This document shows positions 1 to 11,400 of a stretch of DNA of 64,000 nucleotides, piece after piece. This stretch comes from Phormidium sp. (GTDB lineage: Bacteria; Cyanobacteriota; Cyanobacteriia; Cyanobacteriales; Aerosakkonemataceae): contig CP143273.1 in NCBI GenBank assembly GCA_051013385.1, positions 1,120,001 to 1,184,000 on the forward strand, read 5' to 3'. The notes beneath the pieces are model-generated. The model was not told the DNA's origin, did not search any database, and saw only the letters and a program-made list of their open reading frames with translations. The stretch's first letter is position 1. Each line of letters starts with the position of its first letter. The position numbers were made by a program, and so were the translations under genes.

Positions 1-3000
1 CCATAATCTCTTAATAGTTGAATTAATGGTTCACCAGGCATTAAAGAGTCTTTTGTTCCTAAGTAAAGTGTTGCTCCCGATCCCATAGCCATCAGGATTT
101 CCCAAATAGAAGCATCGAAGCTGAGGGAAGCAAACTGGAGAACGCGGCTCTCTGAATCTAAGCCAAAAGTTTGAATCTGAGCTTGTGCTAAGTTATACAA
201 TCCCCGATGCTCAACCATCACACCTTTAGGTTTACCTGTAGAACCAGAGGTGTAAATTAAGTTAGCTAAATTAAAGGCTGTAACTCCGCTGTTGGGATTA
301 TCTTGATTATTTTGCAGAACTTCTGACCAGATCTCATCCAAACAGACAAGGTTTGTTTGATACTCAGGTAATTTTTTAAGGATTCGCTTTTGAGTCAGTA
401 CAACTTGAACTTGAGCATCTTCAAGCATGAATTGTAAACGATCTTGGGGATATTCTGGATCGAGGGGAAGGTATGCTCCACCTGCTTTGAGAATACCCAA
501 TAATCCCACTACCATTTCTATTGAACGTTCTACACAAATGCCAACCAACACATCAGCCCCAACACCCAAAGATTGCAAGTAATGAGCTAACTGATTAGCA
601 CGAAAATTCAATTCATAATAGGTAAGTTGTTGATTTTCAAAGACTAATGCAACGGCATTGGGGGTACGTTCTGCGTATTCTTCACATAACTGATGAATAC
701 ATTTATCTTGCGGATAATCTACCTTTGTATCATTCCACTCAATTAATAACTGTTGTCTTTCAACTTCTGTTAACAAGGGTAATTGAGAAATTCGCTCTTG
801 AGGATTGGCGACAATTCCTTCTAGTAATGTGACAAAATGATTGGCTAGGCGTGCGATCGTACTCCCATCAAACAAATCAGTATTATATTCCCACACTCCC
901 ACTAATCCATTAGCAGTATTGCCGATCGCTAAAGTTAAATCAAACTTGGCAATAGGACTTTCTATTGGTAAATCACTGATAGTTAACTCACTTAGTTCTA
1001 CTTGAGAGAAAGGCGCATTTTGAAGTACAAACGCTACTTGAAATAAAGGTGTATGGCTAAGATCTCTTTCCGGTTGTAAAGCTTCTACCAACATTTCAAA
1101 TGGTAAATCTTGATGAGAGTATGCTCCTAAAGCTGTTTCCCGAACGCGAGTCAGTAATTCCGCAAAACTGGGATTTTCTGATAAATCAGTTCGCATCACT
1201 AAGGCATTGACAAAAAAGCCAATTAACCCTTCAATTTCGCTGTGATTTCGGTTAGCGATCGGTGTTCCCACCAAAATATCTGATTGTTCAGTGTAGCGAT
1301 AAAGTAAAGTATCAAAAGCTGCCAACAATGTCATAAACAAAGTTACCCCTTGTTCCTGACTTAACCCTGTCAAACTTTGCGTTAGTTCCCCAGAAAGCGA
1401 AAATTTTTGATGCGATCCGTTGAAAGTTTGTACTGCGGGTCGAGGTCTGTCTGTTGGTAGCGATAATAAAGCAGGTGCATCTGCTAATTGTTGTTGCCAA
1501 TAATTCAGTTGACTTTGTAATACTTCCTCTTGTAACCACTGTTTTTGCCATACTGCAAAGTCAGCATATTGAATTGGTAAAGGATTCAAAGGTGAATGTT
1601 GACCTTGAGCATAAGCATTGTAAAGTGCTGCTAGTTCTTCCAAAAATACACCCATTGACCAGTCATCACTGACAATATGGTGCATACAAATTAACAAAAA
1701 GTATTCAGTTTCCGATAAGATGATTAATTTAGCTCTGATTAATGATTCAGTTGCCAAATTAAAAGGTTGAATCGCTTGTTCTTTCGCTAGTTCTTGGCAA
1801 TTAATTTCTTGTTCGCTTGGGGATAAGTGCTTTAAGTCAACAATTGATAATGTCCAATTTTTTTCGGTGTTAATGACTTGTTTTGGTTGTCCATTAACAG
1901 TAATAAAGTTGGTGCGTAACGCTTCGTGGCGATCGATTATTTCTTGTAAGCTTTGTTCTAAAGCAGCAACTTTCAGATTTCCGACTAAACGCAAAGGTAA
2001 GGGTATGTTATAGGTGGCGCTGTTCGGTTGTAATTGATCTAAAAACCACAGTCGATTTTGAGCATAAGAAAGAGACAATTCAGCATCTTTCGCCCTTGGT
2101 AAAATTGGTGGTATTTTTAGTTCTAAATCTTCTTGCTGTAACTGCCCTATTAGATGTGCTAATTCCGAAACGGTTGCTGCGGCGAATAAACTTCTTAAGG
2201 GAAGTTCTACTTTAAATGTATTGCGAATTCGGGAAACTAATTGAGTTGCTAGTAGCGAGTGTCCGCCTAATTCAAAGAAATTATCATAAATACCAACTTG
2301 CTCAATTTTGAGAACTTGCGCCCAAATTTGCGTTAACATTTCTTCTACAGGCGTGCGTGGCGCTACATATTTATCTCTTTGATCGTGCTGAATATCGGGA
2401 GTAGGTAAGGCGCGGCGATCGACTTTTCGGTTAGTTGTTAAAGGTAGAGATTCCAAGAATACGAAAGCACTTGGCACCATGTAAAGTGGCAGATGATTGG
2501 AGAGAAACTGCCTTAGTTCGCTAATCTTGGGATTATGTAATCGATCGTGCGGTACTACATAAGCAACTAAACGTTTATCTCCGGGAATATCTTCTCTGAC
2601 AATGACACAAGAAACTTCTACCAAAGGACTACGATTAAGGACAGCTTCAATTTCACCTAACTCGATTCTAAATCCTCTGATTTTCACCTGATTATCAATA
2701 CGTCCCAAGCATTCAATAGTACCATCAGGCAGATATTGGGCTAAATCTCCTGTTTTGTAAATGCGATATTTTGTTCCATCTTTAAAGGGATTAGAAAGGA
2801 ATTTTTCTGCTGTTAATTCTGGACGATTGAGATAACCTCTTGCTAAACGAACGCCACCAATATGTAATTCTCCGACGACTCCAATGGGAACTGGTTGTAA
2901 ATGACGATCGAGAATATATATTTGAGTATTAGCGATCGGACGACCAATTAACACACAATTATTGATATGTTCTGAAGGTAACAGCAAATCATGAACTACA

Positions 3001-6000
3001 GCTGTTACAGAAGCTTCGGTAGGCCCGTAAACATTCAAACAATTAACTCGATCGCCTACTAACTGTTTCCACAAAATTACTGTTTCTGGAAGTACTGCAT
3101 CCCCACCTACAGCTACTAAACGCAAACTTTGGGGTACAGTGGCATCAGATTTAGAAACTGCTACCGCCCATTCATGCCAATAGGCTGGAGTTATATTTAA
3201 AACACTGAGTTTTTCTTGGTCAATAAAGTTGGCAAAACTTGTCAAATCAGGGAACATTTGCACGGGTCTTAATACAACTGTTGCACCTTTTAACCAAGTG
3301 GGGAAGATTTCTTCAGCTGCCACATCAAAGCCTAAAGATGCAAATTGCAAAACGCGATCGCCACTAGTCAACCCAAATACTTCACTAATTGCACTACTAT
3401 GATTAACCAAAGCTTCATGAGTTAGCATTACTCCTTTAGGTTTTCCCGTAGAACCCGAAGTATACAACAAACAAGCTAAATTTTCTGGTTGTACGGGCGG
3501 GTTTTGCTCAAATCTTATCTCTGAGTAACCAAGATTGTCTACTAAACCCGCCCCTACTTCTGCATCTAAAACAATGAGATTTACCCCTTGAATTGGTAAA
3601 GAGTTGAGCAATGTTTGCTGGGTAATCAATACCGATAATTGTGAATCTTCAGCAATGTAAGCTAAACGTTGAATGGGATAATCTGGATCGAGGGGAATGT
3701 ATGCACCGCCAGCTTTTAGAACAGCTAATAATGCGACAATCATCGAGAGCGATCGCTCTAAATAAATCCCGACTAAACTTTCTGGTTTTACGCCAATAGA
3801 TTGCAAGTAATCTGCTAATTGATTTGCTTTAGTGTTTAACTCTTGATAAGTTAATTGTTGGTTGTTAAATGCTACTGCGATCGCGTCAGGATTCAGTTTA
3901 ACTTGGGCTTCAAATAACTGATGGAGACATAAGTTTTGCGGATAATCTGCATCAGTATCATTCCATTCTACAAGTAACTGTCGGCGCTGAACTTCTGTTA
4001 ATAAAGGTAATTGAGAAATTCGTTCTTGAGGATTAGCAACAATTGCTTCTAACAAGGTAACAAAATTACCTGCCATGCGCTCGATCGTAGTGCCATCGAA
4101 CAAATCAGTATTATATTCCCAAACTCCCACTAATCCCGTTGACCTATTCTCCATTGCTAAAGTTAAATCAAACTTAGCTATGGAATTTTCAATTGATAAT
4201 GAATTGACACTTAACCCATTCAATTCTACTTGAGATTTTTGCTCATTTTGTAGCAGAAAATCTACTTGGAATAAAGGCGAATGACTCAGATCTCGTTCTG
4301 GTTGTAATGCTTCTACTAACATTTCAAACGGCAAATCTTGATGGGCGTAAGCATCCATCGTCATTTCCCTTATCCGCATCAACAATTCGCTAAAACTAGG
4401 ATTATCTGATAAGTCAGTTCGCAATACTAAAGTATTGACAAAAAAGCCAATTAACCCTTCTATTTCACTGCGATTACGATTAGCGATCGGTGTTCCCACC
4501 AAAATATCTTCCTGTCCAGTGTAGCGGTAAAGCAGAGTATTATAAGCCGCTAACAAAGTCATAAATAATGTTACCCCTTGTTCCCGACTTAGTTGCATCA
4601 ATTTTTGGCTAAGTTCCTGGGAAAGAGTAAATTCTAGATGTGCGCCAGCGAAAGTTTGTACAGCAGGTCTAGGTCTATCTGTAGGCAAAGATAATAAAGC
4701 AGGTGCATCAGCTAATTGTTGTTCCCAATAATTCAATTGCTCTTGCAAAACTTCACCTTGCAACCATTCTCTCTGCCACAATGCAAAGTCAGGATACTGA
4801 ATTGATAAAGAATTTAAAGGAGAAGATTCACCTTGAGAATAAGCATTATAAAGTGTAGTTAATTCTTCAATAAATATACCAATTGACCAGCCATCAGAGA
4901 CAACATGGTGCATACAAACTAACAACAAGTTTTCTGTTTCAGACAACAGAACTAATGTGGCTCTGATTAATACTTCTCTTGTCAAATCGAATGGTCGAAT
5001 AGCTTGTTGTTCAACTAATTTCTGAGAAGTAATTTGTTTTTCTGTTGTTGGTAAATTTTGCAGATTAACAACTGAAATTTGCCAATTTACTTCTGAGTGA
5101 ACGATTTGGGTTGCTTGTCCATCAACCGTAATAAAATTAGTGCGTAATGCTTTGTGACGGGCAATTATTTCTTGAAAACTTTGTTCTAAAGCGACTTGAT
5201 TTAAAGTTCCTGCTAAACGCAAAGCTAAAGGAATATTATATAAAGCACTGTTGGGTTCAAACTGGTCTAAAAACCAAAGACGCTGTTGAGCAAAAGAAAG
5301 TGGTAATACTGTATTTTCTGGTCTTGGTAAGATGGGTGGGGCAGGGAATTTTAAACTTTGTTGTTTTAAGTGACTAATTGATTGAGCTAATTCTCCAATT
5401 GTGGGATTAGCAAACAATTCCCGCAATGGTAATTCTACTTGTAAACTTTGACGAATCCGGGAAACTAATTGAGTTGCTAATAGGGAATGTCCTCCTAATT
5501 CAAAGAAATTATTATTAATTCCTATTTGTTCTACTTTGAGAGTTTGTGACCAAATTTGGGTTAGTATTTCTTCGATCGCAGTCCGAGGCGCAATATATTT
5601 ATCTTTTTCTCCGCTGTGAAAATCTGGTGCTGGTAAAGCGCGGCGATCGACTTTTCCATTAGGAGTTAAAGGTAGAGACTCCAAGATTACAAAAGCCGCT
5701 GGCACCATGTATTCTGGTAGCTTTGCTTTTAAGTATTGCCGCAGACCACTAATAGTTAAAGTTCTCTCTGACTGTGGCACAATATAAGCCACTAAACGCT
5801 TATCACCTGGAATATCTTCACGAACAATAACAACAGATGATTGAACATCATTATATTGGCTAAGAACCGTTTCAATTTCGGCCAATTCGATGCGGAAGCC
5901 ACGAATTTTAACTTGGTGATCGATCCTTCCTAAATATTCAATATTGCCATCAGGTAAATAGCGGACTAAATCTCCGGTTTTATACAAACGGGATTTTGGT

Positions 6001-8486
6001 TGACTGCTGAAGGGATGGGGGATGAATTTTTCTGCGGTTAATTCTCTTGCGTTCAGGTAGCCTCTGGCTAATCCGACTCCTCCAATGTGCAATTCTCCTG
6101 GTACACCTATAGGAACTGGTTGCAGGTAGGAGTCAAGTATATAGATTTCGGTGTTGGCTATGGGTCGTCCGATCGGCGGTGAGTCACTGATACCTTTTTT
6201 GAGTAAGGCAAATGTTGAATAGGTGGTGTCTTCTGATGGGCCATAGAGATTGAAGATATACTCAACTTGACTCCGCTGATAAATTTGCTGCACTAGTTGA
6301 TTTTGTAGTGCTTCACCCGCTAAATTTACTGTATTTACCTGTTCCGGTAAATTATTGTGGCGAATCAACTCTGCGATCGCAGAAGGGACTGTATTAATTA
6401 GAGTCACTTGCTCAGCAGTAGTAATGGTAGATAAGTGTAAAGCATTCTCCGCTAATATTACTTTTCCTCCCAGGCTCAGAGGGACAAACAATTCAAAAAT
6501 TGATAGGTCAAAACAGATAGAGGTAGAAGCTAAGACACCAGCTAGCTGTTCTGTGGTAAACACTTGTGCAGCCCAACTCACTAAAGCCACTGGGCTATGA
6601 TGCTCTATAGCTACTGCTTTTGGTCTACCTGTGGAGCCAGAGGTATAAAGTACATAAGCGAGGTTTGATGGTTTTGCCTGAGAAACATAGGGAATTTCTT
6701 TGCTTTGAACAAACTCTGGTATGCCAGTATCTAAATAGACAAAGTGGGTTTTCTGTTGTTCTGGTAGTTTGTCAACTAAGTGTGCTTGTGTTAGCAGTAC
6801 TAGTACAGATGCGTCTTCTAACATGAACTGAATCCGCTCAGTAGGATATTTAGGATCAAGGGGTACATAAGCGCCACCTGCTTTGAGAATCCCCAATAAT
6901 CCCACTACCATTTCTATGGAACGTTCTACACAAATGCCAACTAATACATCAGCACCAACATCCAAAGATTGCAAGTAGTTTGCCAACTGATTAGCACGAC
7001 TATTCAATTCATAATAAGTAAGTTGTTCATTTTCAAATACTACTGCTATTGCATTAGGTGTTCGCTTTACTTGTGACTCAAACAGTTGATGGATACATTT
7101 ATCAGATGGGTAATCGGCTTGTGTTTGATTCCACTCAATTAATAACTGTTGCCGTTCAACTTCTGTTAACAACGGTAATTGGGAAATTCGCTCTTGAGGA
7201 TTGGCGACAATTCCTTCTAGTAATGTGACAAAATGACCTGTCATTCGCTCAATAGTGCTACCATCAAACAAGTCAGTATTATATTCCCACACTCCCACTA
7301 AACCAGAGCTTTTACTCTCCATTCCTAAAGTTAAATCAAACTTGGCAATAGTACTTTCTAACTTTAGTGGACTGACTTTTAACCCTGCTAACTCCATTGA
7401 AGAGGCGGGATTATTCTGGAGAACAAACATCACTTGGAACAGTGGTGTATGGCTAAGATTTCGTTGCGGCTGTAATGCTTCCACCAGCATTTCAAAAGGC
7501 AAATCCTGACGATCATAAGTTCCTAATGTTGTTTCTCTAACTCGAAGCAGTAATTCTCTAAAACTAGGATTACCGGAAAGATCCGCTCGCAACACTAAAG
7601 TATTAACAAAAAATCCTATTAATCCTTCTATTTCACTTTCGTTACGGTTAGCAATAGGTGAACCTACTAAAATATCTAATTCCCCAGTGTAGCGGTAAAG
7701 TAAAATATCAAAAGCTGCCAACAATGTCATAAACAAGGTAACTCCTTGCTCTTGACTTAGTTGGGTGAGTTTTTCAGTGAGTTCTAGGGAAAGGGCAAAT
7801 TCTTGATGTCTACCATTAAAGGTTTGTACCGCTGGTCGGGTTCGGTCTGTAGGCAGTGATAATAAAGTAGGAGCATCTGCTAGTTGTTGTTGCCAATAAC
7901 TCAATTGATTTTCTCGAACCTCTCCTTGTAACCACTCTCTTTGCCAGATAGCATAATCAGCGTATTGAACTGGTAATGGAGTTAAAGGAGAAGGTTGATT
8001 TTGATTGTATGCGTTGTATAAAGCTGATAGTTCTTGAACAAATACACCCATTGACCAACCATCAGAAACAATGTGGTGCATACAAATTAACAATAGTTGT
8101 TCTGTCTCAGACAGTAAAACAATTGAGCTTCTAATTAATGATTCATTTACTAGGTCAAAAGGTTGAATTGCTTGTTGTTGAATCAGTTTTTCAGCCTTTA
8201 TTTCTTGTTCATTTGGGGACAAATCTTTTAAGTTAACAACTGATAATTTCCAGTTGGTCTCTGAGTGAATGATTTGGGTTGGTTCCCCATCAACAGTAAT
8301 AAAATTGGTGCGTAATGCTTCGTGACGAGCAATTATTTCTTGTAAGCTTTGTTCTAAAGCAACAATATTGAGCGTTCCTACCAAACGCAAAGCTAAGGGG
8401 ATATTGTATAAGGCGCTGTTTGGTTCAAATTGGTCTAAAAACCATAAACGCTGTTGAGAATAAGATAGGGGTAATTTTTCAGTCAT
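1..8486 (-). CDS. NRPS, C-A-T-C-A-T-C-A(partial), runs off the window start; ApdB/OciB/McnC-like (cyanopeptolin type)
   Basis: Not in the ORF track because it has no stop in the window. ATG at 8486 overlaps the upstream stop (MTEKLPLSYSQQRLWFLDQ). Repeated HHIVSD, YTSGSTG and LGGHSL motifs. A-domain codes read by hand: DLFNNALTYK (Ala), DVENAGVVTK (Ahp-precursor type), partial DAW (aromatic). Confidence 0.93.
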   Translation of the reverse strand, partial: MTEKLPLSYSQQRLWFLDQFEPNSALYNIPLALRLVGTLNIVALEQSLQEIIARHEALRTNFITVDGEPTQIIHSETNWKLSVVNLKDLSPNEQEIKAEKLIQQQAIQPFDLVNESLIRSSIVLLSETEQLLLICMHHIVSDGWSMGVFVQELSALYNAYNQNQPSPLTPLPVQYADYAIWQREWLQGEVRENQLSYWQQQLADAPTLLSLPTDRTRPAVQTFNGRHQEFALSLELTEKLTQLSQEQGVTLFMTLLAAFDILLYRYTGELDILVGSPIANRNESEIEGLIGFFVNTLVLRADLSGNPSFRELLLRVRETTLGTYDRQDLPFEMLVEALQPQRNLSHTPLFQVMFVLQNNPASSMELAGLKVSPLKLESTIAKFDLTLGMESKSSGLVGVWEYNTDLFDGSTIERMTGHFVTLLEGIVANPQERISQLPLLTEVERQQLLIEWNQTQADYPSDKCIHQLFESQVKRTPNAIAVVFENEQLTYYELNSRANQLANYLQSLDVGADVLVGICVERSIEMVVGLLGILKAGGAYVPLDPKYPTERIQFMLEDASVLVLLTQAHLVDKLPEQQKTHFVYLDTGIPEFVQSKEIPYVSQAKPSNLAYVLYTSGSTGRPKAVAIEHHSPVALVSWAAQVFTTEQLAGVLASTSICFDLSIFELFVPLSLGGKVILAENALHLSTITTAEQVTLINTVPSAIAELIRHNNLPEQVNTVNLAGEALQNQLVQQIYQRSQVEYIFNLYGPSEDTTYSTFALLKKGISDSPPIGRPIANTEIYILDSYLQPVPIGVPGELHIGGVGLARGYLNARELTAEKFIPHPFSSQPKSRLYKTGDLVRYLPDGNIEYLGRIDHQVKIRGFRIELAEIETVLSQYNDVQSSVVIVREDIPGDKRLVAYIVPQSERTLTISGLRQYLKAKLPEYMVPAAFVILESLPLTPNGKVDRRALPAPDFHSGEKDKYIAPRTAIEEILTQIWSQTLKVEQIGINNNFFELGGHSLLATQLVSRIRQSLQVELPLRELFANPTIGELAQSISHLKQQSLKFPAPPILPRPENTVLPLSFAQQRLWFLDQFEPNSALYNIPLALRLAGTLNQVALEQSFQEIIARHKALRTNFITVDGQATQIVHSEVNWQISVVNLQNLPTTEKQITSQKLVEQQAIRPFDLTREVLIRATLVLLSETENLLLVCMHHVVSDGWSIGIFIEELTTLYNAYSQGESSPLNSLSIQYPDFALWQREWLQGEVLQEQLNYWEQQLADAPALLSLPTDRPRPAVQTFAGAHLEFTLSQELSQKLMQLSREQGVTLFMTLLAAYNTLLYRYTGQEDILVGTPIANRNRSEIEGLIGFFVNTLVLRTDLSDNPSFSELLMRIREMTMDAYAHQDLPFEMLVEALQPERDLSHSPLFQVDFLLQNEQKSQVELNGLSVNSLSIENSIAKFDLTLAMENRSTGLVGVWEYNTDLFDGTTIERMAGNFVTLLEAIVANPQERISQLPLLTEVQRRQLLVEWNDTDADYPQNLCLHQLFEAQVKLNPDAIAVAFNNQQLTYQELNTKANQLADYLQSIGVKPESLVGIYLERSLSMIVALLAVLKAGGAYIPLDPDYPIQRLAYIAEDSQLSVLITQQTLLNSLPIQGVNLIVLDAEVGAGLVDNLGYSEIRFEQNPPVQPENLACLLYTSGSTGKPKGVMLTHEALVNHSSAISEVFGLTSGDRVLQFASLGFDVAAEEIFPTWLKGATVVLRPVQMFPDLTSFANFIDQEKLSVLNITPAYWHEWAVAVSKSDATVPQSLRLVAVGGDAVLPETVILWKQLVGDRVNCLNVYGPTEASVTAVVHDLLLPSEHINNCVLIGRPIANTQIYILDRHLQPVPIGVVGELHIGGVRLARGYLNRPELTAEKFLSNPFKDGTKYRIYKTGDLAQYLPDGTIECLGRIDNQVKIRGFRIELGEIEAVLNRSPLVEVSCVIVREDIPGDKRLVAYVVPHDRLHNPKISELRQFLSNHLPLYMVPSAFVFLESLPLTTNRKVDRRALPTPDIQHDQRDKYVAPRTPVEEMLTQIWAQVLKIEQVGIYDNFFELGGHSLLATQLVSRIRNTFKVELPLRSLFAAATVSELAHLIGQLQQEDLELKIPPILPRAKDAELSLSYAQNRLWFLDQLQPNSATYNIPLPLRLVGNLKVAALEQSLQEIIDRHEALRTNFITVNGQPKQVINTEKNWTLSIVDLKHLSPSEQEINCQELAKEQAIQPFNLATESLIRAKLIILSETEYFLLICMHHIVSDDWSMGVFLEELAALYNAYAQGQHSPLNPLPIQYADFAVWQKQWLQEEVLQSQLNYWQQQLADAPALLSLPTDRPRPAVQTFNGSHQKFSLSGELTQSLTGLSQEQGVTLFMTLLAAFDTLLYRYTEQSDILVGTPIANRNHSEIEGLIGFFVNALVMRTDLSENPSFAELLTRVRETALGAYSHQDLPFEMLVEALQPERDLSHTPLFQVAFVLQNAPFSQVELSELTISDLPIESPIAKFDLTLAIGNTANGLVGVWEYNTDLFDGSTIARLANHFVTLLEGIVANPQERISQLPLLTEVERQQLLIEWNDTKVDYPQDKCIHQLCEEYAERTPNAVALVFENQQLTYYELNFRANQLAHYLQSLGVGADVLVGICVERSIEMVVGLLGILKAGGAYLPLDPEYPQDRLQFMLEDAQVQVVLTQKRILKKLPEYQTNLVCLDEIWSEVLQNNQDNPNSGVTAFNLANLIYTSGSTGKPKGVMVEHRGLYNLAQAQIQTFGLDSESRVLQFASLSFDASIWEILMAMGSGATLYLGTKDSLMPGEPLIQLLRDY

Positions 8487-11400
8487 TATCTCTTGTTCCT
8501 TGGTACAATCCGTCGAGTATTTACGTTTGAGGTTTCTGGTTTTTGGTGTTGTAATTTCTCAATTGCTTCTGCTAATTCAGCTAGTGTCGCTGTATTGAAT
8601 AACTCGCGGAGACGAAATTCAATTTTAAAGCGATCGCGAATGCGAGAAACTAATTGAGTTGCTAATAAAGAATGTCCCCCCAATGCGAAAAAGTTATCAT
8701 TAATTCCAACTCTTTCTACTTTGAGAACTTGCGCCCAAATTTCTGCTAATCTTTCTTCGGTAGGGCTACGCGGAGCAACATATTTATCTAATAGTTGGCT
8801 GTTGAGATCTGGTTTGGGTAAAGCACGGCGATCGATTTTTCCATTAGCAGTTAGTGGTAAAGACTCCAGCACTACTATTGCATTGGGTATCATATAAGCT
8901 GGTAGTCGATCGGTGAGGAACTGACGTAACTCAATTACTTGCAAAGATGATTCTCCTTTCGCCACTACATAAGCTACCAAACGTTTGTCCCCAGGCTCAT
9001 CTTCTCTGACTACTACCACATTTTCCCTAATTGCTGGATGTTGTGCTAATGCTGCCTCAATTTCTCCCAATTCAATGCGGAAGCCACGAATTTTTACTTG
9101 ATTATCAATCCGCCCTAAATACTCTAACTCACCATTGGGCAAATAGCGTGCTAAATCTCCAGTTTTATATAATTTTACATCATCAAAGGGACTAGAAATA
9201 AACCTTTCTGCTGTTAGTTCATGCCGATTTAGATAACCGCGTGTTACCCCAGCACCACCGACATACATTTCACCTTTGACTCCGATTGGTACTGGTTGCA
9301 AATGTTCGTCGAGGACATATACTTTTAAGTCAGGAATCGGACGACCAATTACACTTGCACTACCATTTAAATCAGCTAAACTCAATTGTCGATAAGTGAC
9401 ATGAACCGTAGTTTCCGTAATTCCATACATATTCACTAATTGTGGCATAGTGTCGCCATGTCGCTCAAACCAAGGCTGTAAACTTTTCAGTTCTAAAGCT
9501 TCTCCACCGAATATCACTAAACGCAACTTTAATTCATCTGTAGTCGCTATGGATTCTTCTGCGGAAATCAACTGACGGAATGCTGAAGGTGTTTGATTGA
9601 GAACAGTTACTTTCTCATTTATTAACAATTGATAAAAAGATTCTGGGGAACGAGTGACTAAATAAGGCACAATTACCAATCGCCCACCATAAAGCAAAGC
9701 ACCCCAGATTTCCCATACTGAAAAGTCGAAGGCGTAAGAGTGGAATAATGTCCACACATCTTGAGTATTAAAGTTATACCAATCATTTGTCGCTGCAAAC
9801 AAACGCACTACATTACAGTGATTGACTAAAACACCTTTTGGTTTACCTGTGGAGCCGGATGTGTAAATAACGTAGGCTAAATTATTATAGGTGGCAGGAT
9901 TTTGCGGGTTAGATTTGCTATTTTGAGAGATGGTGTTCCAGTCAGTATCTAAACAGACAACTTGCGCCTGATGTTTGGGAAGAGATTCTACTAATTTCGC
10001 TTGAGTCAACAGCACAGAAACTTGGCTATCTTCTAACATAAAGCTCAAGCGTTCTGTGGGGTATTCACTATCAAGAGGAACATAAGCGCCACCTGCTTTG
10101 AGAATACCTAATATTCCCACGAGCATTTCTAGGGAACGTTCTACACAAATCCCTACCAATACATCAGCACCAATCCCCAAAGTGTGTAAATAATGTGCTA
10201 ACTGATTTGCCCGATTATTTAATTCCCGATAGGTTAATTGTTGCTTCTCAAATACTACTGCTACTGCATCGGGTGTTTGCTCTACCTGTTCTTCAAATAA
10301 TTGATGAAGACATTTATCTGATGGATAAGCTGTTTGTGTATTATTCCATTCAATTAATAACTGTTTTTGCTCAATTTCTGTGAGTAGGGGTAATTGAGAA
10401 ATTTGTTGTTCTGGGTGAGCGACAATACTTTCGAGTAAGGTCATAAAATGACCTGTCATGCGTTCGATGGTAGTGCGTTCGCGTAGCGTTGCGTTAGCAG
10501 TATCGAATAAATCTGTATTGTATTCCCAGACTCCTAGCAATCCTGTCGTCCGGTTCTCCATTGATAAAGTCAAATCAAATTTTGCCGTTGCATTTTCCGT
10601 TGGTAAATAACTCATCGTTAGCCCAGTCAGTTCGATGTCTGGCATCGGCGCATTCTGGAGAACAAACATCACTTGGAACAGAGGAGTATGGCTGAGATTT
10701 CGCTCTGGCTGCAATGTTTCTACTAACAGTTCAAACGGCAAATCCTGATAAGTGTAGGAATCCATTGCTACATCCCGAATCCGAGTTAGTAATTCCTTAA
10801 AGCTGGGATTCCCTGAGAGATCGGCACGTAAGACCAAAGTATTAATAAAACAACCAATTAATTTTTCAATTTCACTACGATTACGGTTAGCAATGGGACT
10901 TCCTACCAAAATGTCTGATTGTCCGGTGTAGCGATACAGTAAGGTATCAAAGGCTGCTAGCAGGGTCATGAACAAAGTTACGCCTTGCTCCTGACTCAGT
11001 TTGGTCAGTCGTTGGGTTAACTCAACTGAGAGTGTAAACTCTTGATGTACTCCGGTAAAAGTTTGTATTGCTGGTCTGGGGCGGTCTGTCGGTAGTAACA
11101 ATAAAGGAGGTGCATCTGCAAGTTGTTGTTGCCAGTAATTCAATTGAGTTTGCAGAACCTCTCCTTGTAACCATTGTTTCTGCCAGATGGCAAAATCAGC
11201 ATACTGAATTGGTAAGGGTTCTAAAGGTATTTTGGTAGTGAGGGCATCTGAGGGCCGATCCTGAGTGTATGAGTTATAGAGTGTTGCCAGTTCTTGAATC
11301 AAAACTCCTCTTGACCAACCATCACTGACAATATGGTGCATACACACTAACAAAATTTGCTCTGTTTCGGATAGCACTACTAAAGTAGTTCTTAAGAGGT

